The translations under genes and the position numbers were made by a program. A stretch of 64,000 nt of DNA, taken from positions 320,280 through 384,279 of the forward strand of contig JADIYI010000005.1 of assembly GCA_016705365.1 (NCBI GenBank), read 5' to 3'. Positions 1-9,608 of the stretch are shown here, piece by piece. Origin of the DNA: Gammaproteobacteria bacterium (GTDB lineage Bacteria; Pseudomonadota; Gammaproteobacteria; Pseudomonadales; UBA5518). Below the pieces are notes generated by a model. It made no database searches. It worked only from the letters and a program-made list of their open reading frames with translations, and had not been told where the DNA came from. The first letter of the stretch is position 1. Each line of letters starts with the position of its first letter.

Positions 1-17
1 AACCGGACGGGTCAGCC

Positions 18-848
18 ATGCTGGAGCAACAACGTCAGCGCCTCATCCTCGATCTTCTTGAAGAGAAGCAGTTCGTGCGCCTGCAGGAACTGGTCGACAC
101 CCTGAATGCCTCGCCGGCAACCGTTCGCCGTGATATCAACAAGCTCGCCGCGGAGGGACTGCTGAGCAAGATCCACGGCGGCGCGCAACTGAGCGCGTCC
201 GGGCTGGCTCCCAGAGCGCCGCGCCAGCAACTGCAGGGTGCGGCGTTCCTGGCGAACCTGGAGCGCCAGGTGGCCGAGAAGCGCGCGATCGCAGAGCGTG
301 CCGTGGCGCTGTGCCAGGACGGGGAAACGATCCTGATCAACGGCGGCAGCTCCACCTTCATGATGGCCGAATTCCTGTGCGCGCGTGATATCAACGTGCT
401 CACCAACTCCTTTGCACTGGCCGGCGTGCTGCTGGAATCCGGGCGGTGCCGGGTCACCCTGCCCGGCGGGGAGCTGCATCGCAAGCAGAACATCATCGTC
501 AGCGCCTTCGACGAGGACCTGATTCAGCGGTATCACGGGCGGCGCATGTTCATGGGCACGCCTGCCATCGGTGCACACGGTGTAATGGAGTCCGACCCGA
601 TATTGATACAAGCCGAGCAGAAACTGCTGCGCCAGGCCGAACAGCTGGTGGTCCTGGCCGACAGCAGCAAGCTCAATGCACGCGCCGAACTGGTGTTCTG
701 CCCGCTGGAGGAAGTCGATATCCTGATCACCGACAGCGGTATCGATGCGGACACGCGCGTGCTTTTCGAAGACGCCGGTATCGAGCTGATCGTGGTCGAA
801 CCCGTTGCAGGCAACACGCAAACGCGTGTCGCAGGAGAACAAGGCTGA
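18..848 (+). CDS. DeoR/GlpR-family transcriptional regulator
   Basis: 276-aa ORF. N-terminal winged HTH 'RQRLILDLLEEKQFVRLQELVDTLNASPATVRRDINKL' plus a C-terminal sugar-phosphate sensor domain, typical of the DeoR family. Stop overlaps the next start (TGATG, 846-850). Confidence 0.9.
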   Translation: MLEQQRQRLILDLLEEKQFVRLQELVDTLNASPATVRRDINKLAAEGLLSKIHGGAQLSASGLAPRAPRQQLQGAAFLANLERQVAEKRAIAERAVALCQDGETILINGGSSTFMMAEFLCARDINVLTNSFALAGVLLESGRCRVTLPGGELHRKQNIIVSAFDEDLIQRYHGRRMFMGTPAIGAHGVMESDPILIQAEQKLLRQAEQLVVLADSSKLNARAELVFCPLEEVDILITDSGIDADTRVLFEDAGIELIVVEPVAGNTQTRVAGEQG

Positions 849-2536
849 TGCAGAACGACGAATTCGAGCGCACGCCCGTCACACCCGGACGGCTGCAGCC
901 GGCGCGGCATTTCGCGGCAAATTATGCCGGCGAGCATGTGGCCGGGACCGAGTTCGTGATCGGCGCGATGTTCGTGGCCTGGGGCGTATCCACGGGCGAC
1001 ATCCTGTGGGGGCTCCTGTGGGGCAACCTGATGGCGGTGCTCAGCTGGGGGCTGGTGTGCGCGCCGATCGCGGTGCAGACGCGGCTCACGCTGTACGCCT
1101 ATCTGGAGAAGATCGGTGGCCCAGGCATGATCCGCGTCTACAGCGTGGTCAACGGCGTGCTCTTCTGCATACTCGCGGGAACCATGATCACGGTCTCCGC
1201 CTCGGCGATGCGCATCCCGCTGGGCATTGCCCCGCAGGTCGACTGGTACCCCACGAGCGTGGCTTTCGTGGCGCTGGTGCTCGTGATCGGTGCGGTGGTG
1301 GTGTGGATCGCACTGCGCGGTTTTCGCGGCGTGGCGCGTTTTGCCACGGTCTGTGCACCATGGATGGTTCTGATGTTCGTGCTGGGCGCGATGGCGATGC
1401 TGCCGGTGCTGGCGGCGAGCACGGATGGCGTGCAGGCGAGTTCGGGGATTGCCGATTTCGGCACCATCGCCGATCGCTGGATCTGGCAGGGAACCGGTGC
1501 CGGTTCGGTCGGTATGTGGCATGTGGCGGCGTTTGCGTGGATCTGTAATCTCGCGATGCATGGCGGTCTGTCCGATATGAGCGTGCTGCGTTTCGCGCGC
1601 AGCCCGAGCTATGGCTTTCTCTCCGCGAACGGCATGTTCATCGGGCATTACATGGCGTGGGTCTGTGCCGGCATCATGGGCGCGGGCGCCGCGCTGCTGT
1701 TGAAGAGCAGCATCTCGGTACTCGATCCGGGTGCGGTGGCCTACCAGGCGCTTGGTTCCGCGGGCATTGTTGCAGTGATCGTTGCCGGCTGGACGACCGC
1801 AAACCCCACGATCTACCGCGCCGGGCTGGCGTTCCAGTCGCTCAACCCGCGCTGGGGTCGCGCGCGCGTCACGATGATCACCGGCGGCGTCACGACCGTG
1901 ATTGCGTGTTTCCCGTTCGTGTTCAGCCGGCTGATGGATTTTGTCGGGATCATGGGGCTCACGCTGGCGCCGGTCGGCGCGGTGATCGTGGCCGAACACT
2001 GGCTGTTTCCGCGTCTCGGGCTCACGCGTTACTGGGCGCACTACGCGGGTCTGCGCACGAATTTTGCCGCGCTCGCGGCATGGGCGCTGTCGTTGCTTCT
2101 CGCGCTGGCGCTGGTCTGGAGCGGGACGCTGCATCTCTTCTTCCTGCTGATCCCGACCTGGATCGCGGCAACCGTGATCTACCTCGTCCTCGCCAGCTTC
2201 AGCGGTGCGCGCGTCGCGCACGCCGAGCAGGCTGCCCGGGATGAGGGCGCGCTGCGACAGCAACAGGCCGCGGAGCGGCAATACCTGGATAACGAGCAGT
2301 TGTGGCGCGCCAGCACGGCGCGCGCCAGCGCAAACCCGCGTCTGCAGTTCAGCCGGCTGTTTACCCTGCTTGCGCTCGCGTGTTGCGTGTTCTCGGGGCT
2401 GGCGGTCTTCAACGGGACGATCGAACTGGCAACGCTGCGCGACTGGTTGATCGCGCCGACCGTGATTTACCTCGTGGCCGCGACGATCTGGATGCGCGAA
2501 AAGGAATGCCGTGATTCGGAAATCCCGCCGGCATGA
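848..2536 (+). CDS. Polytopic membrane permease (NCS1/purine-cytosine-permease-like, tentative)
   Basis: 562 aa from ATG 848, in frame inside ORF 446..2536. The upstream part overlaps the regulator and is rejected. Strongly hydrophobic with many TM stretches, e.g. 'FVIGAMFVAWGVSTGDILWGLLWGNLMAVLSWGLV'. The family call is tentative. Confidence 0.7.
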   Translation: MQNDEFERTPVTPGRLQPARHFAANYAGEHVAGTEFVIGAMFVAWGVSTGDILWGLLWGNLMAVLSWGLVCAPIAVQTRLTLYAYLEKIGGPGMIRVYSVVNGVLFCILAGTMITVSASAMRIPLGIAPQVDWYPTSVAFVALVLVIGAVVVWIALRGFRGVARFATVCAPWMVLMFVLGAMAMLPVLAASTDGVQASSGIADFGTIADRWIWQGTGAGSVGMWHVAAFAWICNLAMHGGLSDMSVLRFARSPSYGFLSANGMFIGHYMAWVCAGIMGAGAALLLKSSISVLDPGAVAYQALGSAGIVAVIVAGWTTANPTIYRAGLAFQSLNPRWGRARVTMITGGVTTVIACFPFVFSRLMDFVGIMGLTLAPVGAVIVAEHWLFPRLGLTRYWAHYAGLRTNFAALAAWALSLLLALALVWSGTLHLFFLLIPTWIAATVIYLVLASFSGARVAHAEQAARDEGALRQQQAAERQYLDNEQLWRASTARASANPRLQFSRLFTLLALACCVFSGLAVFNGTIELATLRDWLIAPTVIYLVAATIWMREKECRDSEIPPA

Positions 2537-3939
2537 GCTGCACGCTGATTTTCGACATCGGCAAGACGCATGCGAAGGCAATCGTGTTCGATGCCGTTCT
2601 GCAGCCCGTCGCGCGCCGCCAGCGTGCAAACAGCGTGCTCACTACCGCGCCCTATCCGCATCTCGATGTCGACGGCCTGTGGCAGTGGATGCTCGAGGCG
2701 ATGCGCGATAGCGCAGCGCAACACCGGATAGAGCACATCATTGTCACAACGCATGGTGCAACGGCGGCGCTGATCGATCCGGCGCGCGGCGAGAACGGGC
2801 TCGTTCTGCCGGTGCTCGACTACGAACACTCGGGGCCGGAAGAATTCGCGGACTACGAGGCGCGGCGACCCGCCTTTGCGCAAACCTTTTCGCCGGCGCT
2901 GCCGGGTGGCCTGAATCTCGGGCGGCAGTTGCACTGGCTGCGCACACGGTTTCCGAAGGACTTCGCGCGTGCGCAGGCCGTGCTTCTCTACCCGCAATAC
3001 TGGACATGGCGTCTGAGCGGCGCGCTGCTGAGTGAATGCAGCTCGCTCGGTTGCCATACCGATCTGTGGTCGCCGCGGGCGCGGGATTTTTCCGTGCTGG
3101 TTCCCGCACTCGGGCTGCTGGGCAAAATCCCCCCGCGGCGTGTGGCCTGGGGGTCAGTGCAACTGCATGCCGATATTGCCGATCGCACGGGGCTTACGAC
3201 GAACTGTGCGGTGCATGCCGGAGTGCATGACAGCAACGCGGGTTATGCACGTCAGCTGAAACTTGCGCTGGGCCGGCCATTCGTGCTGGTCTCGACCGGT
3301 ACATGGGTGGTGTGCATGGCATCGCATGGGGCGCTGGAGGCGCTCGACGAGACGCGCGACATGCTCGCCAATGTCGATATCCACGGCAACCCGGTCGCCT
3401 GCGCGCGCTTTATGGGCGGGCGCGAGTTCGCCGCGATCTGCGGATTGCTCGGCGCCGATCCGGACGCCGATGTGAGCGTCGAGGATGTGCAGGCCGTTGT
3501 GGATGCCGGCGCGCTGGCGCTGCCAAGTTTTGGCGGCGCCAGCGGACCGTTTGCCGCATCAGCGGGACGAATCGTCGGCCAACCCGCCAACGGTGCCGCG
3601 CTTGCCACGCTCTACACGGCGCTGATGATCGATCAGCTGCTCGATCTGCTGGCGGCTCCCGGCGAGATCGTGATCGAAGGTGCGCTTCTTGCGAACTCCG
3701 TGTTGTGCCGGTTGGTGGCGGCGCTGCGCAATACACCCGTGGGCCTGTGCGGGACCGGCGATTCGAGCGCGCTCGGCGCGGCCATGCTGTGCCATTGGGA
3801 GCGCGAACCCGAAATGGCGCCCCTACAGCACTGCGAGCCGTGCACGCTGCGTGGACTCGTGGATTACCGCGCGCGGTGGCGCATGGCGGCTGCGGACCAA
3901 CCACGGCAGCGATCAGGACAATCGGAGATCAATGCATGA
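2533..3939 (+). CDS. FGGY-family carbohydrate kinase (rhamnulo-/fuculo-/xylulokinase-like)
   Basis: 468-aa ORF. Actin-fold motifs 'LIFDIGKTHAKAIVFD', 'HAGVHDSNAG', 'LVSTGTWVV' and 'MGGREF'. ATGA start/stop overlaps on both sides. Confidence 0.85.
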   Translation: MSCTLIFDIGKTHAKAIVFDAVLQPVARRQRANSVLTTAPYPHLDVDGLWQWMLEAMRDSAAQHRIEHIIVTTHGATAALIDPARGENGLVLPVLDYEHSGPEEFADYEARRPAFAQTFSPALPGGLNLGRQLHWLRTRFPKDFARAQAVLLYPQYWTWRLSGALLSECSSLGCHTDLWSPRARDFSVLVPALGLLGKIPPRRVAWGSVQLHADIADRTGLTTNCAVHAGVHDSNAGYARQLKLALGRPFVLVSTGTWVVCMASHGALEALDETRDMLANVDIHGNPVACARFMGGREFAAICGLLGADPDADVSVEDVQAVVDAGALALPSFGGASGPFAASAGRIVGQPANGAALATLYTALMIDQLLDLLAAPGEIVIEGALLANSVLCRLVAALRNTPVGLCGTGDSSALGAAMLCHWEREPEMAPLQHCEPCTLRGLVDYRARWRMAAADQPRQRSGQSEINA

Positions 3940-4835
3940 AGACTGGATGGAAGTGGTTCTGGGGTGTGACGGCGCTGCTGGTGCTGCTCGCACTGGTGGC
4001 CGGTGGCGCCTACTACAGTGAGATGCGTGCGAACGGCTTTTTCCGTGACCCCGTATTCGAGACCGAAAGGCCGGCGCTGCCGCCGCTGGAGCATCCGGCG
4101 GTGCTGGTTTTCTCGAAAACCAATTCCTTCATTCACAAGGAGGCCATTCCGGCGGGGAAGCAATTGTTTGAGCAGATCGCGGCGGAGCAGGGCGCGAGCA
4201 TTTTCCTGAGCGACAGTGGCGGCGTTTTCAATCCGGAGGATCTCGCGCATTTTGATGTGATCGTCTGGAACAATGTGACCGGCGATGTGCTGACCGCGCA
4301 GCAACGCCAGGCCATGCGGCATTGGCTCGAACAGGGCGGCGGCTTCCTGGCACTGCACGCGGGTGGCGACAACAGCCATGAGGTCTGGCCCTGGTACCTC
4401 GACACCGTGATCCGCGCGCGCTTCATTGGCCATCCGCTGTACCCTCAGTTCCAGCAGGCCACCCTGCACATCGAGCAGCCCGCCGATCCGATCGTTGCGG
4501 CTCTCGAGGAAGACTGGGTTCGGACGGATGAGTGGTACTCCTTCGACAACAGCCCGCGCGCGTCGGATGTCCGCGTGCTCGCAACGATCGACGAAAACAC
4601 CTACTCCCCCGGCAGCTTTTTCGGGAAGCCGCTGGCAATGGGCAGCGATCACCCGATGATCTGGAAGCACTGTGCTGGCGCCGGCCGGGTGTTCTATTCG
4701 GCGCTGGGGCATACCGCGGAGAGCTATTCGGACCCGAAGTACCGGGAAGTGCTCATGCGCGCAATTGTCTGGGCTGGCCGCCTGGACCCAGCTGCCGCGC
4801 TGCCCGCGGATCCGCTCATCTGCGAAACCAATTGA
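3936..4835 (+). CDS. ThuA-like (trehalose-utilisation family) protein with N-terminal membrane anchor, copy 1
   Basis: 299 aa from ATG 3936, in frame within ORF 3303..4835. Hydrophobic anchor 'WKWFWGVTALLVLLALVAGGAYY', then ThuA blocks 'VLVFSKTNSFIHKEAIP', 'FDVIVWNNVTG', 'GGGFLALHAGGD', 'GSDHPMIWKH' and 'GRVFYSALGH'. Clear paralog at 43091..43987. Confidence 0.85.
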   Translation: MKTGWKWFWGVTALLVLLALVAGGAYYSEMRANGFFRDPVFETERPALPPLEHPAVLVFSKTNSFIHKEAIPAGKQLFEQIAAEQGASIFLSDSGGVFNPEDLAHFDVIVWNNVTGDVLTAQQRQAMRHWLEQGGGFLALHAGGDNSHEVWPWYLDTVIRARFIGHPLYPQFQQATLHIEQPADPIVAALEEDWVRTDEWYSFDNSPRASDVRVLATIDENTYSPGSFFGKPLAMGSDHPMIWKHCAGAGRVFYSALGHTAESYSDPKYREVLMRAIVWAGRLDPAAALPADPLICETN

Positions 4836-4851
4836 ACAGGAGGAGAAAATC

Positions 4852-5463
4852 ATGATGAACCGACGGAAAATGTTGCTGGCAGTTGCCAGCGCGATGGGCG
4901 GTGCCATGCTGGGATCGGCGACGCTGCGGGTGCTGGCCGGCGAGGTGCCCGCCGCCGCAGCTTCGCGCGCGCTGTTTGACGCGAATACCTCGCAACTGGT
5001 CAGCGTGCTCGCGGAGATGATCATTCCCGAGACCGATACGCCCGGCGCAATCGCCGCGGGCACTCCGCAATTCATCGAGATGATGGTCGCGGACTGGTAT
5101 ACCGATATCGAGCGCGGGATTTTCTTCGACGGACTGAAACAGCTCGACACGTTCTGTAAAGCCTCGCTCGGAACCAGCTTCATCGAGGCGAACGCGAAGC
5201 AGCGCATTGCCGCGCTGGACGAGGCGGAAAATCAGGCGGCTGCCTATGTGAGTCCCTTTCCGGGTGGTACGGTTGCCGCCGCGATCTCAAAAATCGTCGA
5301 CGAGAACACGCCGTTTTTCGCCAAGCTAAAGGAACTGACCGTGATCGGCTATTACAGCTCGGAAGTCGGCGCGAAGCTGGAACTGGCCTACAACCCGATG
5401 CCGATGCGCTACGAGGGCGATTACGCCTACGTGAAGACAGGGGGACGCCAGTGGAGCTATTGA
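4852..5463 (+). CDS. Gluconate 2-dehydrogenase subunit-3-family small subunit (Tat leader), copy 1
   Basis: 203 aa from ATG 4852 with RBS AGGAGG at 4838-4843. Twin-arginine leader 'MMNRRKMLLAVASAMGGAMLGSA'. Blocks 'IIPETDTPGA' and 'TVIGYYSSEVG'. Paralog at 37270..37872. Confidence 0.85.
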   Translation: MMNRRKMLLAVASAMGGAMLGSATLRVLAGEVPAAAASRALFDANTSQLVSVLAEMIIPETDTPGAIAAGTPQFIEMMVADWYTDIERGIFFDGLKQLDTFCKASLGTSFIEANAKQRIAALDEAENQAAAYVSPFPGGTVAAAISKIVDENTPFFAKLKELTVIGYYSSEVGAKLELAYNPMPMRYEGDYAYVKTGGRQWSY

Positions 5464-5509
5464 TCATGCGCCGCGCCGGATACGGCCACTGGGCAGGAGT
5501 CCGCAAACA

Positions 5510-7201
5510 ATGAAAGAACAATTCGACGCAATCGTTGTTGGTTCCGGCGTGACCGGTGGCTGGGCCGCCAAGGAATTGACCGGCAAGGGTCTGAAAGTGC
5601 TGATGCTGGAGCGCGGTCGCCCGCTCACGCACGGCAAGGACTACGTGACCGAGCACATGCCCCCGTGGAAGATTCCCTTCGGTGGCAAGCCTCTGCGCGA
5701 ACTGTATGCGCGCGATTATGCGGTGCAGAGCAAATGCTACGCCTTCGACGAGACCACGCGCCATTTCTGGGCCAAGGACAGCGAGCAACCCTACACGCAG
5801 GCACCCGATGCGCCGTTCAACTGGCTGCGCGCCGACGTGGTGGGGGGCAAGTCGCTGCTGTGGGGGCGCCAGGTGTATCGCTGGAGCGATCTGGATTTCG
5901 AGGCCAACAGATGCGACGGGCACGGTATCGACTGGCCGATACGCTATAGCGACATCGAGCCGTGGTACTCCCATGTCGAGCGCTTTATCGGCGTCAGCGG
6001 ACAGGCGGAGGGTCTCGCGCAGCTGCCGGACAGCGAATTTCAGCCGCCCATGCAGATGAACGTGATGGAAGCGGCCGTCAAGCAGCGCATCGAGGCGCAG
6101 TTCCCGGGACGCAAAATGACGATCGGGCGAGTGGCGAATCTGAGCGAGCCGCTCGGGGATCGTGGCGCGTGTCACTACTGCGGCATATGCCAGCGCGGTT
6201 GCTCGACCGGAGCATATTTCAGCAGCCACAGCTCCACCTTGCCGGCGGCACGCAAGACCGGCAATCTCGAGCTGCGCGCCAACAGCGTCGTGGAAGGCCT
6301 CGATTACGATCCTGCGGGCATGCGGGTCGCGGGCGTGCGGATCGTCGATACCGTGACCGGCGAGCGTACGCGCCTCACCTCGAAACTGGTGTTTCTGTGC
6401 GCTTCCACGATTGGCAGTCTGCAGGTGTTGCTCAACTCGCGCTCGGACAGCTTCCCGGACGGATTGGCCAATCGCAGCGGCATGCTCGGCCGCTACGTGA
6501 TGGATCACCAGAACGGGGTATTCGGTTTCGGGATGTCCACGGAGTTTACCGGCAAGTACTACTACGGTTACCGGCCAAACGGGATCTACATCCCACGCTT
6601 TCGCAATCTCGATCCGCGGCGGCCCGAGGGCGAGTTCCTGCGCGGTTACGGTTTCCAGGGCATGGCGCTGGCGATGGAGGGACGCATGATGGCGCCTTCG
6701 ATCCCTGGCTTCGGGGCGGTGTTCAAACAGGCACTGCGTCAGGCGCCGATGTGGTCGATGTTTCTTGCCGGCTTCACCGAGTGCCTGCCGTACCGCGACA
6801 ACCGCGTGACGCTGGACAGCAGCCGCGTCGATCGCCATGGCATACCGCAGGTCCGCTTCGACGTGCGTTTTCGCGAGAACGAGGAAAAGCTGCGCCTCGA
6901 TGCCGCGGCCCAGGCCGAGCAAATGCTGAAGGCGGCCGGGCTACTGAACGTGATGACCATGGCCAATCCCTCGGTTCCGGGTGACGCGATACACGAGATG
7001 GGCGGCGCCTGCATGGGGCGCGATCCGGAGAGCTCGGTGCTGAACGGCTGGAACCAGGCGCACGACGTGCCGAACCTGTATGTCACGGACGGTGCCAGCA
7101 TGAGTTCCGCCAGTTGCGTGAATCCGTCGCTGACCTTCATGGCGCTCACGGCACGCGCGGCAAACCACGCCGTCGAGCAGCTGCGCGCCGGCGCGGTGTA
7201 G
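5510..7201 (+). CDS. GMC-family FAD-dependent oxidoreductase (dehydrogenase large subunit), copy 1
   Basis: 563 aa. 'FDAIVVGSGVTGGWAAKEL' GxGxxG Rossmann motif. Four-Cys block 'ACHYCGICQRGC' at nt 6170-6202. C-terminal 'HEMGGACMG...NLYVTDGASM' GMC signature. Paralog of identical length at 37878..39569. Confidence 0.9.
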   Translation: MKEQFDAIVVGSGVTGGWAAKELTGKGLKVLMLERGRPLTHGKDYVTEHMPPWKIPFGGKPLRELYARDYAVQSKCYAFDETTRHFWAKDSEQPYTQAPDAPFNWLRADVVGGKSLLWGRQVYRWSDLDFEANRCDGHGIDWPIRYSDIEPWYSHVERFIGVSGQAEGLAQLPDSEFQPPMQMNVMEAAVKQRIEAQFPGRKMTIGRVANLSEPLGDRGACHYCGICQRGCSTGAYFSSHSSTLPAARKTGNLELRANSVVEGLDYDPAGMRVAGVRIVDTVTGERTRLTSKLVFLCASTIGSLQVLLNSRSDSFPDGLANRSGMLGRYVMDHQNGVFGFGMSTEFTGKYYYGYRPNGIYIPRFRNLDPRRPEGEFLRGYGFQGMALAMEGRMMAPSIPGFGAVFKQALRQAPMWSMFLAGFTECLPYRDNRVTLDSSRVDRHGIPQVRFDVRFRENEEKLRLDAAAQAEQMLKAAGLLNVMTMANPSVPGDAIHEMGGACMGRDPESSVLNGWNQAHDVPNLYVTDGASMSSASCVNPSLTFMALTARAANHAVEQLRAGAV

Positions 7202-7230
7202 CGCGATTCGGACGCGCGAGGGCCAGGACA

Positions 7231-8454
7231 ATGACAGGTGTGCGCGCACGGCTCGGGCTCATGATGTTCCTGCAGTTCTTCGTGTGGGGTACGTGGTTCG
7301 TGACACTCGGCACTTTCCTCGCAACCAATCTGCAGGCCAGTGGCGCGCAGACCGGCATGGCCTTCGCCACGCAGTCTTGGGGCGCGATTATCGCGCCGTT
7401 CTTTATCGGGCTGATCGCGGACCGCTTTTTCAATGCCGAGCGGATTCTGGGTATCCTCCACCTTGCAGGCACGGTGATGCTTTACTGCCTGTTCTCGTCC
7501 GCGGATTTCGCGACGTTCTATCCGGTCGCGCTTGCCTACATGATCACCTATATGCCGACGCTGGCATTGGTGAATGCCGTCGCGTTCAGGCAACTGGTCG
7601 ATACCCGCGAGGAGTTTCCGGGCATACGCATGTGGGGCACGATCGGCTGGATAGCGGCGGGTCTTTGCATCAGTTTCGTGTTCGGGTGGGATGATGCATC
7701 GGGCCTCGCCGCCGGCGCGCTGCGCAACACGTTTGCGCTGGCGGCGCTCGCGTCGGCGTTGCTCGGCGTATACAGTTTCACGCTTCCGGCGACCCCGCCC
7801 CTTGGCAATGCGGCAGCGGGCATCGGCGAACGCCTCGGCATCACCGCACTCGGCATGCTGAAAGATCGCAGTTTCGCGGTGTTCTTCTGCTCCGCCATAC
7901 TGATCTGCGTGCCGCTGGCGTTCTACTACCAGAACGCCAACCTGTTTCTCGTTGAGAGCGGAGTGGCGAATCCTGCCGGCAAGATGACGATCGGCCAGGT
8001 TTCGGAGGCGGGATTCATCTTGCTGCTGCCCGTTTTGTTCAGTCGGTTCGGATTCAAGACCACGCTGCTGATCGGCATGTTCGCCTGGAGCCTGCGCTAC
8101 ACCTTGTTCGCGCTGGGCAACGCGGGTGATTTGCTGTGGATGTTGCTGGCGGGCATTGCGTTGCACGGTATCTGCTACGACTTCTTTTTTGTCGCCGGTC
8201 AGGTATATACCGACGCACGTGCCGGGGAGCGATTCAGGGCCTCGGCACAGGGCTTGATAACGCTCGCGACCTACGGGATCGGCATGCTGATCGGCTTCCA
8301 GGTCGCGGGTATGGTCAGCGATCTCTATACGCTCCCGTCCGGTCACGACTGGCGGCTGATCTGGCTGTTCCCGGCAGGTTTCGCCCTTCTGGTGTTCAGC
8401 GTTTTTCTGCTGTTGTTCCGTGACAACACCACGATAGGGGAGACGAACCGGTGA
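7231..8454 (+). CDS. MFS transporter of the nucleoside:H+ symporter (NupG/XapB/YegT) family
   Basis: 407 aa from ATG 7231. 'MMFLQFFVWGTWFVTLGTFL', 'YMPTLALVNAVAF', 'IRMWGTIGWI' and 'FRASAQGL' align well with my memory of E. coli NupG. Confidence 0.85.
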   Translation: MTGVRARLGLMMFLQFFVWGTWFVTLGTFLATNLQASGAQTGMAFATQSWGAIIAPFFIGLIADRFFNAERILGILHLAGTVMLYCLFSSADFATFYPVALAYMITYMPTLALVNAVAFRQLVDTREEFPGIRMWGTIGWIAAGLCISFVFGWDDASGLAAGALRNTFALAALASALLGVYSFTLPATPPLGNAAAGIGERLGITALGMLKDRSFAVFFCSAILICVPLAFYYQNANLFLVESGVANPAGKMTIGQVSEAGFILLLPVLFSRFGFKTTLLIGMFAWSLRYTLFALGNAGDLLWMLLAGIALHGICYDFFFVAGQVYTDARAGERFRASAQGLITLATYGIGMLIGFQVAGMVSDLYTLPSGHDWRLIWLFPAGFALLVFSVFLLLFRDNTTIGETNR

Positions 8455-9608
8455 GCGCACGGCGTATCCCGCTTGGCTTCATCGGTGGCGGCCCGCGTTC
8501 GCTGATCGGCGGCGTGCATCGCGCCGCGGTGATGCTTTCGGGTGAATTCGAGCTGCGGGCCGGGGTGTTTGGCACTGACCAGGCGCGTGGTCGCGCGTTC
8601 GCCGAGCGCATTGGCGTCGCAGCCGGGCGCAGTTACGCGGACCTGGAGGAAATGCTCGCTGGCGAGAGCCGCCGCGCGCCGGGGGAGCGAATCGAGGTGG
8701 TCTCTGTGCTCACGCCCAACCACCTGCATTTCCCAATGGTGGACCGGCTGCTGGATGCGGGGCTGCACGTCTTTTGCGAGAAACCCTTGAGCTTGAGCGT
8801 GGTCGAGGCGCTGGCGCTCGAGCGCAAGGCCGTGACGCGGGGGTGCCAGGTCGGCGTGGCCCATACCTACACCGGTTACCCGATGGTCCGGCAGATGCGC
8901 GCACTGATCGCGGGCGGTGCGATTGGCGCGGTCCAGAAGATCGATGTGCAGTACTACCAGGGCTGGATCAATCCCGCGATGCACGACGCGGCACTGCGCG
9001 ACGAGGTGTGGCGTCTCGATCCCGCACGCTCCGGGCCCAGCTGTTGCATCGGCGATATCGGCGTACATGCTTTCGATCTGGTTGAGTACGCCACGGGCCT
9101 CAGGATCCGGCGGGTGCTTGCCGAGCTCGACAGCTTTGGCCCCGGAAAAGCGCTCGACGTCGACGGCACGGTGCTGTTCCACACCGACAACGGCGTGCGC
9201 GGGCTGCTCCGTGCCAGCCAGATTGCCACCGGCGAGGAGAACAATCTCCGGATCGCAGTCTACGGACGCAGCGGCGCGCTCCGCTGGTGTCAGGAGCAAG
9301 CTGCCGAACTGCTGCAGTTGCGCGAGAACGGTCCGCGGCAGCTGTACACGCCGGGGCACGGGTTCAACACCGAGCTCGCGCGCATGGCCAGCCAATTGCC
9401 ACCGGGGCACCCGCAGGGTCTGGCCGAGGCCATGGCCAACCTCTATCGCGGTTTCGCCGACGGACTGCGAGGGATTCCCGGTGCCGACACGCGTTATCGC
9501 GACATTGGTGCGGGTGTGCGCGGCATGCGCTTTATCGAGGCGGCGCTCGCCTCGAGCCGTGACGGGTCGAAATGGACAGACATCGAGCGAGTGCAGGGGC
9601 AGGCATGA
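8451..9608 (+). CDS. Gfo/Idh/MocA-family NAD(P)-dependent oxidoreductase
   Basis: 385 aa. GTG start overlaps the previous stop (GTGA). Rossmann motif '[16 protein letters not shown]' and 'HVFCEKPLS' (EKP motif). Confidence 0.9.
   Translation: MSARRIPLGFIGGGPRSLIGGVHRAAVMLSGEFELRAGVFGTDQARGRAFAERIGVAAGRSYADLEEMLAGESRRAPGERIEVVSVLTPNHLHFPMVDRLLDAGLHVFCEKPLSLSVVEALALERKAVTRGCQVGVAHTYTGYPMVRQMRALIAGGAIGAVQKIDVQYYQGWINPAMHDAALRDEVWRLDPARSGPSCCIGDIGVHAFDLVEYATGLRIRRVLAELDSFGPGKALDVDGTVLFHTDNGVRGLLRASQIATGEENNLRIAVYGRSGALRWCQEQAAELLQLRENGPRQLYTPGHGFNTELARMASQLPPGHPQGLAEAMANLYRGFADGLRGIPGADTRYRDIGAGVRGMRFIEAALASSRDGSKWTDIERVQGQA

Noticed and set aside
446-847. N-terminal extensions of real genes suggested by the ORF track. 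Examples: 446..2536, 3303..4835, 4672..5463, 7114..8454, 10970..13564, 23533..25026, 26166..27227, 32537..34666, 48447..49952, 49628..51094, 59557..60201 and 59832..60854.
   Set aside because: The extensions overlap the preceding well-supported gene or are R/A/P-rich. Internal ATG/GTG starts give canonical N-termini (signal peptides, Rossmann motifs), RBS-like purine tracts or ATGA-type coupling.
533-2629. Very long antisense or overlapping ORFs. Examples: 533..2629 (-), 5180..6922 (-), 6739..8460 (-), 32495..33877 (-), 44607..46574 (-), 49913..51814 (-), 54010..56133 (-), 60150..62024 (-) and many Arg/Pro/Ala-rich 60-300-aa ORFs.
   Set aside because: Such ORFs are typical stop-codon-poor artefacts of high-G+C DNA. 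Their translations are low-complexity R/A/P/G-rich with no motifs. Each lies opposite or out of frame to an ORF with clear family signatures.
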